Shown piece after piece: positions 1 through 11,310 of a DNA stretch of 64,000 nucleotides. The notes beneath the pieces were generated by a model. That model searched no databases. It was not told where the DNA came from and saw only the letters and a program-made list of their open reading frames with translations. The DNA comes from Adineta vaga (taxonomy: Eukaryota > Animalia > Rotifera). Location of the stretch: positions 10,974,001 to 11,038,000 of the forward strand of contig CP075496.1 in the NCBI GenBank assembly GCA_021613535.1. Reading direction: 5' to 3'. Both the position numbers and the translations under genes were made by a program. The first letter of the stretch is position 1. Each line of letters starts with the position of its first letter.

Positions 1-1042
1 CTTTGTGATACATCAGTTGCTTCAATCATTGATTGTAATAAATCAACTCTTTCAATTCCATGTAAACAACGTTGTTGAATTATTTTTTTTACATGATACA
101 AAAGCCATGTATTTGGATCTGTATCAATAAATCGATTCATCAATGGTACATAATCATGTAACCATAATCGAAAGATATTTATGTATTTAAAATATGTTAC
201 CCATAAAAAATCCAATTCAGGTAAAAGTAATGAACATATAGTTAAACTTGTTTGAAAAAGATTAAATTCAAATACTTGTAAACATCGTTGAAAGAATGGT
301 TCACTTAATTTTTCATGTTTTGTTGGATTAATACCAAAAGCACAATTTAAAAGAATATTCATCGATGTACGTTTTAATAAATCGGTTACATCAAATTCGA
401 TATCGGGCTTTTGTTCATTAAATTTGTCGATTAATTCAGTAACACATTGATCAATGATTACACGCATTTCTTTTAATTTGTTTGGACTGAATGCTGGTTG
501 CATAATTGAACGTTGTCGTCGCCATTCATCATCTAAGCTAATCTTTCATTTAGAAAAGAATTCTTACAATCAAAATTTCTATCTCGTTTTAGATAGAATC
601 ATTGAAAACAACTAATCTCTTTTCGGTATCGTTTCACATTACCTGTCGATGCAAGTAAATGTCGAAGATCATGCTGTTGTAATGGTAATGGTCGTCGCGA
701 ATGAAAATGACTAAATTTAGTTATGAAGATCTCTTGAAGTATATCTGGATCAGATATACATATGATTGGTGTATGACCAATAAAATAACCATAGATTTTA
801 CCAAATCTATGTGTCCAATCTGCTAAACAAGCTGCTGAATGTTGATGATGACTAAATAATTCAAGTGCATTACCAAAAAATAGACGAGGTGTTGGTCCAG
901 ATAGGCCCATCTCGTGAAATATATTATAGATTTTCTTTAATTTATATAAATAGATTAATAGAAATAAAAAGAGCAGAAAGATTAATGTCGGTCGAATGAA
1001 AAAGCTAATCGTTGATAAATACGAAGAATCGCTAATAGACAT
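1..1042 (-). CDS. Cytochrome P450, CYP3 clan (5' part; continues off the window edge)
   Basis: N-terminal membrane anchor, GP-x-P-x-x-FFGN proline hinge, and FGKIYGYFIGHTPIICISDPD. Intron 533-642 (GT..AG) joins to DDEWRRQRSIMQPAFSPNKLKEM, containing the helix C WxxxR motif. Confidence 0.9.
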
Positions 1043-4000
1043 TAGTATTTTTTGTTACTGATACAGAAGAAGATCTGAAAAATGAATTTAATTTGAAACT
1101 TTTGTGATTTGACTAGTGTCTAAAATGCAACGCATATATAATAACCAAGCAACCAATGAAATTGAAGATTTATAAAAATGAGCTGCGTATTTTTTTCTAG
1201 GCTCTTTTTCGTTAGTCGTTCGTCACTCTCTTTTTCTATGTCTCTCGTTTGTGTTATTTGCCATCTTTCGTGTGGTAGTTTTCAAACTGACGTTGGTGCA
1301 TTACAAGAGAAATAGGTCATATTGTTGACAAGGAATTTTGTTTCGATCCATCATTAGATCCGTTGAATTCTCTCTGATCATTTTGACCAATTACTTAATT
1401 GCATCATTCAGGAAAAGTAGACTTTCACTCTCTCTCTCTCTTTCTTGAATATTCTCAATGTACGTGTAAAAATAGATAGCACTATGCGATTTTCTAAATA
1501 TGTAATGACTACAATATTTTAACTTGAATGTTTCTTCTGTGTATAGAATAATCTGAAATCAGTGATATTCCATGAAACATCAGATTTTCGAACACTATTC
1601 ACATGAATCTTGCCACTTACAACATGATCATGAAAGAAATCAATCTCAGATATACTAAGGAATATTAGATGCGTAATATTAATGCTACTGTAGAATTTCT
1701 GAAAAGAGTCAAAATATTCTCTAGTGCTTCACTCTATTCTTCGATACTAACTATACTCATATAGGCATGATATTTGTAGTATGTATTCTTATTGGCAGCG
1801 GCTTTATATCAAATAAAAATGCTCTTCTCTAGTGCATGAATCATGTTGATTAATATACTTCCAATGCAAATGAAGAATGGTAACTGTTTGAGTTCAATCG
1901 GTGCTTTTTTTCTATATCAACTAAAGAATAAGATGATTCATCGATTAATCACGTGATAAACTTTGATCTGATCAAATAACTATTTGAAAGCACATCATAA
2001 AGCTGGATATTTGACAAGATATTATTATTATTTCGTTTCGCAACTCTACTCAGAAAACGAAATGACATTCCGCAAGTTCGTTTGAACCATAATTCAGTTG
2101 AAACAGAAAAAAAAGATTTATATAGTTCTTTATTCTTGATGCTGTGTACTCACATTCGATGGTTAGCATTCGTAAGCAAAAAAGGATTATATCAACAATG
2201 ATGATAATAATGATAAGATAAAACTATAATATACACTTATATCTAATTCAAATGTCAAAAAAAGAGACTGTAAAAGGCTTAATGCAATAATTTATTTATA
2301 AGTTCGTATGACGGACGTCATTGGAATTTAATTGATTCTATAAATACTAATCTGTTGCTTATAGTTCATGCTACTAATTCATTTTCTTTTGTAGATATTT
2401 ATAAATGTTGTTCTTTTCTTCTAGATAACCTAATACTGACGTCAAGCATTCTATTTGCTAATAGAAGTTATATTAACGATAAGATTATACTCATTTTTTT
2501 TCTTTTCTTCTTTTAATATTTTACGAAGTTCTTAATATAGGATTAAAATGCAATAACTTTCCAGATGTTTGAAACACGTAAAGAGTGTACTTTTGAAAAT
2601 ATTTACTTTATACTTATTAAAATAAATAGGGTTTTTTTTCATATTAACGCAATATCACTAAAACAGGTACTGAATCTCTCTTCTCACAATGCATGTGAGT
2701 ACTCTCATTTATTCTAATCGAAACGTACTTGTTTCATATCATTCAAGGTCACATACTCAAATATTAGTTTTAGGAATACTTATCATATGATTTAGTTTGA
2801 TAATTCTATTCTTAATTCTAAGTACGTGTGTTGGCACGAGGGTTTATTTTTCACATCTTTTGCCTTCTTCGATATCTAACAGGCATTAGTCGAATATTTA
2901 TCTGTAAGAATAAAAACGAACGAATAAAAATACTTATATTTATACTATATAACTGAATATATTTTATTCTTTTTTCGAAGTTGTGCAAGTATGCAAAAGA
3001 ATTGAAATAGTCGTTCTTTTATTCTTTTTACATTTTAAAAACATATTCAAAAACAGAATGAAAAAAGTAGATGCACTCAGCAGTACCAGCTGTTAGTTAA
3101 GTATAAATATCCTTCATTCGTACTTTTATTATCATAACCTTAACAGGAATCGTAAGATAATGGTATCATAACCTTGATTAGCACGAACAGAACACGAAAG
3201 AAGTTCTATTGGATGAAATAAGTCTTGTAAGTTAGAACAGATAATAACTAAAAATTATATTGTCATTGTTTACAAATAAAAAAGAAATCAAGGCAAAGTT
3301 TATAAAAACATAATCATGAACTTAGATCATTCTGCGCACTGTTGTATGCTTCAAATGATTTCTTCTAATTCAGGTACATGAACAACAAGTATGTCATCAC
3401 CTAATGATATCGTATAGCTTGCAAAATAATTATTAAGATACAGAAGAATAAACCTATGGATATGGAATTTGTAATAATACTTTATAATGAAATATTTTCG
3501 ATTTCAACGATTGTTTTCACCATGACAATCGAAGTAGACTATATGAAATTTTTGTGCAAGAAGTGTTTTCGTGTTGCTGATTATTCATAGATGATCTGGA
3601 ACAGATTTACATTTTTAATCTTTCAATAATTCACTTTGTTTATCAGCTCTTCTGTTAACTCAGGAAAAACGGATCTTGTGTAAAAAATATCGAATCATAT
3701 TTTCATGAAAAATCGAGTTCTATGTCCTACATACGAATGATAAGAAAACATTTTTGGAATTCAGTTCATGATAATAGAATCACTTTCCTTGGTATCTTGT
3801 TTCATTTTTTGAAATTGATGATTCTTGGGAATGTCGAATAGAAGAACTTTCTCAAGAATATCTTGACCTAAAACTATTCCACATATTTTCGAATCGAGAA
3901 ATAAAAAAATGAATTTCTTGAGGCATTTGCTCTTAATAAGCCACAGCTTAAAATTAATGACCCATGAATCCTATATCTTGTTCCGAGTGGAGGTTAGACT

Positions 4001-4964
4001 TTCATTAAACTATTCAATCAAATTTGATCATAATGACAGACATTTCAATATTTTTCATTCAATAATGACGAATTAAAGAGAGAAATTAAATATTAAAAGC
4101 TAAGATTTACCAAACGTAATAAAGTCAAAATCTCTGCAAAAGATCGCTCTACTAATTTCACATTTGCTTCGTATAATAATTCAGATGAACGTATACTAGT
4201 CGATATACAAAAATGACTCAAAAACATTATTCAATTAAATTATTTAAATATATCTATAAGTATTGTCTCTTTCATATTATCTCTAATAAGATACGAGTTT
4301 GCATTCGATCTAAACATAAATAAAATATATTTATGTACGACGAAAATCATTTAAATAATTATTTATCTTAGGTGCTCACATCGGAAAGCAGCTGCTTCAC
4401 TTTTGTATTAGATGAATTTAGTACCGTCTTCTTAACAATGAACAATGATATAATAAATATTAACTAAATGTAGTTCTATTGTATATGTTTTGTAAATGCT
4501 GCATTAAATTAATTCGTCGGAATCTTTTCATCAACAATATTGCTTCGTTCTGAAGAATAATTTCCTACTCTAACTAAAACGTATCATATTATCGATGAGT
4601 CAAAGTGAGATAGAAATAGTGGCGTTGCGATTTCAATATATTATGTCAAAATATCTGATGATTGGAGAAACAAAAGACTGTTCAGATCCACCTCTACTTT
4701 ATAGTGATATCAAGCATCTTCTTTTGTAAACATATTATTATATGAAATCAGTTGCAATACGTAAATACTGTTTTTCCATCGCTTAATTGAAGTTGAGACA
4801 AAAAAATAACAGCATATTTTGAACTAGACGATCAAATCTATAAGGATTACCGTGTGATAATACAATGAAGCCTAATATCTTTCTGGTTTGTTTATATTTA
4901 AAATAAATACAAATTAGAAATCATTTTATTGATGATCTAATTATCCTTTATTTTTTAATAGTTT

Positions 4965-6372
4965 TTAAAGTTGAATAAGACCACGATTAAGCATTGCTTT
5001 CATACTCCAAGCATTGCGTGAACCGTCATCATTATAAAACTTCCATGTCCAATACGTCCAACCACCGGGTGATTCAGCAAATGCAGCAATTTGAGCACGA
5101 GCATATCGACGTAAATCATCATCATTGAAAGAAGCGGATGATGCAATGGACCATTCACCAAAAAATAACCAATTACCTTTCCACGCTTTTATATCATTTT
5201 TCAATTCATTTTCAGCATAACTGATCAATCGATCTTTATTCCAACCCTAGAAAAAATTCATAATTCAATGATCTATTGCAGAGCTAGAAAGAAACAATGA
5301 TGTCCTGTCTTACTTCGTATCCCCAAATTTGATAACGATGCCATTCATGTCGAATACCATGAAATTGAGGTGGTGGCATAAAACGCGCCCAATCACTATC
5401 GTAGGGTCCTTGTTGATAGAGTAAAGGTGCTACTGTCAATAGACAATCTGAAAATTGACGAATACGACCATAAGCATCATAATAAAATTGTTTTAAAACT
5501 CCTTCATCGGTTGTTCCTGGAAAACAAATTCGATTTGTATCAAAAGCAAACAAATGCAGTTACTTATACTTACTCATCGGTTCATTGATTAAACCAATAC
5601 CTAGAAATCCTACATCATTATTATATCGTCTTGCTAACCATTCGACAGCATCTAATGTATTACGAACATTTTCTGGATATTGAGACCAATGTGAATTGCC
5701 TGGATCTGATGGTGAACTATGATCATTACCATTTTGACTACCTTTTGCTGCATGAAGTGAAATCAATACGAGTACATTATTTCTCGGTGCCCATTCACGA
5801 ATAGCTCGATCTAAATAATTGATGCCACCAGGTGCATAAACTTTCCATCCATCTGGATCACCGCCAGGTTGATTATCAAAACCTGTAATCCAATAGCCAA
5901 CTGGAATACGAACTGTATTCATTTTAGCTGCAGCAATTTCACGAAAATCTTGTTCAGTAATATATGTATCACGATGTGTTTTGAATTGAGAATCACCTTT
6001 AGCATGACCTAAGGAGAAGAAAATTAAATCGAATTAATATAAAACAAAATCCATTGTTATTTTATACCGAGGTGTTGCATTGTTTTGAATTCACCATGAT
6101 TGGCAATACTTTCTGGGACTCCATTCCAAGCAGGTGAAGCTGATGTCATCCAGTATTCAGCAACAAGCCAACCACCAAGATTAACACCACGCATTGGTAC
6201 ACGACCAGCTTTAACATCATTTTTCAAATTTTGTAGTGCACTTTGAAATGAATGGGGAGAAAAACTCTACGATAATTGTTTGATTTCAGAATATTTACCT
6301 TTGTGCAGTTGCCATGAAAATATTAATAGCGAACAGAATCAGACACACATGCATTTTCATTAGTTTTGCCAT
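4965..6372 (-). CDS. Secreted GH5 glucan 1,3-beta-glucosidase (exo-beta-1,3-glucanase), 388 aa, 5 exons
   Basis: Exons 6372-6299, 6240-6068, 6008-5574, 5516-5314 and 5246-4965 total 1167 nt in frame. Signal peptide, RGVNLGGWLVAE, NTVRIPVGYW, HAAKGSQNG, catalytic NEP, nucleophile GEWS, and C-terminal GWTYWTWK. Confidence 0.93.
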
Positions 6373-6416
6373 TTTCAATGATTTTATCTACAATATTGTC
6401 ACATTTTATGGGCCTG

Positions 6417-6436
6417 TATATATATATATATATATA
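6417..6436. repeat. (TA)10 microsatellite in the GH5 promoter region
   Basis: Read directly; about 45 nt upstream of the GH5 ATG. Confidence 0.9.
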
Positions 6437-6992
6437 AGCGTGAGAGGGTAAAAAGTTTGGTAAGCACTTTCTAATGCGAACTATCGTATTACCAATCAGT
6501 AGACAATAGAGATTAATTATAATATCATAGGTTTTAATCGGACGTTCTTATTTTCATCGACCTTTAATACTATTTCAAACGTAAGTGCAAAATCGATTTG
6601 ATCAATAATACAGAATCTTTTCTAATAATAATGGATCTTTGTTTTTATTATTAGAAAAATATAGATGTTGATTATTTCCATAGAATGGATCAAAATACTT
6701 GATGAAGATGAAAAAACCCATTTCGTATTAATATGGTGATGCGGTACAAGGCATAACATTCATGGGTATATTCCCATTTCATCGACAAAATTATTTTTCC
6801 CATCTCATGGATCCTATCAGTGAATATTGTATAGCTAAAAGAAAATATGACGAAATGAGAGATAGCATTATATCAATTCAAATTATAGATAAGCATATAG
6901 AAGATAATTAAATTGGTTGTTAAGCATTTCTATAATTAAAATATAACACTCATAATCAAATTCTTCAAACAGTTAATGCAATATTTCTACTA

Positions 6993-8984
6993 ATGAATGA
7001 TAATTATTTAAAAAATTCAAATCATCTCAATTATCTATTCAATGAGTTTTCACAACGACTTACTAGAAGATATTTGTTCTGTTTTCAATTTAATAAACAT
7101 AATAATAATAATCAATTAGAACGTATACATCAATATTGTGACAAACATGGTTTCATATTACAGCATTCAACAATTCAAATGATACGAAAATCATTTACAA
7201 AGATGATGACATCAGCATTTGATTATGGAATTGAGCAGAAGAATTTGAAAGAGAAAAACATCGATATAAAACTGCAATTAACACATGTGAATGCATTACC
7301 TAGTCGAACTGAACAAGGAATTTTTCTTATTATTGAATTGGGAAATCTTCTAGAAGATGTTCGATACAGTCTTGTTTCATTATTAGGAAAACAAATACCA
7401 TCGTATGAAATATTACATAGTAAAGGTTATAATCTACCAGAAAATATACGAAAGAGTAAGGGTACTGTACTACTCGATCATTTAACTATGGGACTGAAAG
7501 ATTTTCTTAAACAAGTAAATTATCAAATTATTTCTAAATATATATATATATATGAGAAGAGATTACTTGGAGAAATGGCAAATATTGTTCTTATCAAATG
7601 TACAATTTCTTTTGTCAATTGTTTAAAAATAGTTGTTTAGATACCGTTCAATACAAAAACTTCTCATTCATTTCAACTTGGACTCTTACTTCATTTTCCT
7701 ATCAAACAAAATGATTTTCATCATACAGAAATTTTATCATGGTCAGATCGTTTTAATTGTCCAGATTTACTTCATCAAGATTTTATACGACTATTTCAAC
7801 GATCAATCGAATATGATATATCAAACTATCAAATTAACATTATTGCTTGTATTCAAGAAAGTGTTGCTGCATTGATTTCAGTTGCATTTGAATATCCGAA
7901 TACATTGATTTCATTAATATTCAAGCATACCTTTCAACTATCATTTGTCGAAGATACAGAAAACTTACGTCCGACAAATATTCATCAACAAGTACAACTT
8001 CGTGCACTTTATCGAACAATACTTTCAGTAAATGTTCATTGTTTACATTCAAATACATCTTCACAAAATCATGCTTTATTTCAAACCTTATTAACATCAA
8101 TTGACAGATATATTCTCAAAGAATTAAATGTCAATTATTTTGACGTATTAACATGTGATTCATGTTTACTTGAAATTATACGTATATTAATTCTTGAATT
8201 ATGTTTACATGAACAATTGTTACCATATTCATTATGGTCACAATCCAAATTGAATTATTCAGGATCTTTATGTTTAAATTTTCTTTCCTATCTTTTGCAA
8301 GGCAAATATACTAAATTGAAACCTTATTTGAATACATTAGGTTTAAAGCAATTGAAACAAAAAAATCTCATTCATCTGGAATACATCTGTCATATTATCA
8401 TTCGACGATCAACACAAATTTTATCTTGTTTAATTGTTTGTTTATCAGAGAGGTATAATGAAGAAAACTTAACGATTGCTATCGATAGTTATCTTTATCG
8501 TTTATGTCCAATTTATCAAATATATATGCACAATGAAATTGAATATTTATGTAAACGATGGATAACTATGTTTCATTTTGTCAATGCAACAAATATATCC
8601 TATGTAATTAAAAAAAAGAGAAAGAAAAAAATAGTCTGGCCGAGAAGTCCACTAAAATATATTTACATCGAGAATAGTATTCTGTATAATCTAAGTTTCT
8701 TACAAAGAACAATGAAGATATTCCAAAGATTATCTTCACACTAGATTAGATAGTGGCAGTTATCAACGAAGGAAATGAACAATCTGATCTTTTGAGAATT
8801 AAAGGTCCCATTATGACAACAGAATTTGTTATTTTTTTAGCTTGGTCCAGCAGTTGTAATGGGTTTACAAAAGACACAGAAAGCAATGATCAATCAAGAT
8901 GATGATATCAGTCGCTTGTATGTACGTAAACGACGACGACGACGACGGCGGCATGTAAAATCAACCAAACTATCTTATTCATGA
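6993..8984 (+). CDS. Hexokinase-fold protein with degenerate catalytic motifs (pseudo-hexokinase), about 542 aa; 5' end uncertain
   Basis: Exons 6993-7514, 7641-8603 and 8841-8984 join in phase 0. Colinear with hexokinase throughout: IKLQLTHVNALPSRTEQGIFLIIELG (~[26 protein letters not shown]), LGLLLHFPIKQ (~LGFTFSFPCQQ), ILSWSDRFNC (~LITWTKRFKA), NIIACIQESVAAL (~NIVAVVNDTVGTM), TIAIDSYLYRLCPIY (~TVGVDGSLYKTHPQY), LGPAVVMGL (~KGAAMVTAV). Confidence 0.8.
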
Positions 8985-11310
8985 CTTTCAACTAAAAATG
9001 GCTTCAAAACGATGCCTATTTTTTAAATTTCTTTCCTGTCTATATCATCACAAAGATATTTCGTGATGGACGATGAAACCGTTTTTGTTTGTATACGTAC
9101 TTGCATTTTTCAAAGAACTACTTGAGAAAATGTACATGCATTGATATTAATGAGATTGGATTGTCTACTGTAATTTCATCTTCAATCGACTAGGTCGATC
9201 ATATAGTTCCTTATGTATCCCACATAGTTTATGAACTACTTAATTTTCTACCAGCTGCTTTTTGAACAACTTATATTATCTAGTTATGAAAACTAAACAT
9301 CTCAAAACTATGCCTCATTAATTTCGTACAAAAGAGAAACATATACCAATTCAGAACTAAAGGAGCGAATGATAATTCATAATAACTTTGTATAAAACAT
9401 AAAGTACTTTTAAAATATTCCATCATAGGTCAATGTATCTTTAAAAACAGAACAATGTAACAAAAAATGTATCTGGTTTTTACAAGTATAACAAATATCA
9501 AAGACATAAATATGAATATTTAAATTCAATTATTCTTTTGTGAGTGCAAAAGAACACAAACGTACTGAACTTAAACAATTTTGATACTGAGTAGGATTGA
9601 GAAGATTCAATAATAAAAGAATTATTTAATAAGATTTATAGTGAAAATGTATTTATTAATTCCACTTGGCAAAAAACACTCGAACGTCATTGATCTCTTT
9701 TTCTTCTGCCTACGCATACAGATGATATGTTGGATAAAAATTTTTTTTAAAAATGAAGAAACTCGAGATAATTAAGCATCAAATTATATTCAAAACATGT
9801 TCATTTTTTCTATACTTCATTTTATATGTGTCTATTAATTTGTTCAGATTACCATTGAAAAATCTATGCAATAAATATTTTACTTCGTGTGTAAATATTG
9901 AGTAAATTAAATCTAATTTGTTTTTTGTTCTCATCTTCATCAAATTATGAGTCTATTAGAAAGAAGACTTATAACATTGTCTTACAGAGAAAAACAATAA
10001 TTGACAAATCCTGATCATTTTTTTGTTGTATCGATATAAATTCTCTTCTTTTTACATCTTTGCATAGATGACAATATGTAACTTTGCTGTTTTAACAATG
10101 TGCAAGTAACCTTAATAGAGAGAGAAAGTCGCATTACCGCTAACAATTTCCGTATATCAGTCACGAAAGTATGCAAATCTATAGATAATTTTTACGCACG
10201 ATCTTTCATTAGAAAACGTTCTTCATGGATGAGTTCATTTCAATAATAATGATTATATTTAAGAATCGTATGTTCTTCGATATTCGATATATTTTTTTGA
10301 CAAACGTACATACATATCTATCTTTTTATATGGTTATTGTCTTCTTGTTTTTAATCAAAGAAAAAAAGAATGTATTTATATATATATATATATAATATAG
10401 AGAAAATGAAGGCGTGTCACGATGTGAAATGAGAAAAAAAAGAAGAAATAATGGCAAGTTGGTGCCCATCATATATATATATATATATATATATCGAAGA
10501 ATTGCTTGTTTGACGTTCATATGGATGTGAATCGGAACTACAGAACGTCAACTAAGTATAAGTTCAATATTCTAGATTTTTTAAGCAAATGTAAAACGGA
10601 AAAGAAACGAAATATTATCGTCAACCATAAAATCCAAAAATATCGCTCGTCTTGTTTTCTCTCTTTCTCTCTCAATATATATATATATATTTCTTTCTCG
10701 CTTTCCTCCTTCAGATAACAAGAAGGTAAGTTAAGTATGGGAATTATTAATACATCTCATGGTTTCATTACATATTTTCTATTTTCGAGAAATTCTCATT
10801 AATCTAGTTACAAACAGACTTGTATAACACTTGGAAATTAATCTTCTATTAACTTTGTCGTTTCTCTAATAGATTCTTTTCTTTTTTTTCCTTCATATCA
10901 TATTGAAGATTGTTATAGACTTTTTTTCTGATATAATCTATGTAAATAGACGTTGCATTCAACAATCTCTGAATTCCTCTTCGGTTTTTATCGTTCTAAG
11001 TGGATTTTAGCCGGAAACAAACTGAAACTCCAGACAGAAGAAGCATCTTATTGAACATCTATTGACATCCGTCAATTCTTTTCAGAAGAGGAATGTTTCA
11101 ACAGTCTTGAATAAAGAAAAACATTTATTATCTTTCATTACTTTTTAAAATGACATTTAAATTATTACAAGTTAGTTGCATATTTCATTACCTATTTTTC
11201 TTTTACTTTTCTTTTCTATTTTCATCGATTTCCGATTGATTAATGATTACATTCAAAACAAGTCGATTTTTTCTAGATTTAAAACAATTATTTCTAATAC
11301 AACTGATCGA

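Noticed and set aside
7633-7875. Separate 80-aa ORF or apparent frameshift between ORFs 6993 and 7872
   Set aside because: Wrong frame. The real exon starts at 7641, in frame with ORF 7872, after a GT-AG intron at 7515-7640.
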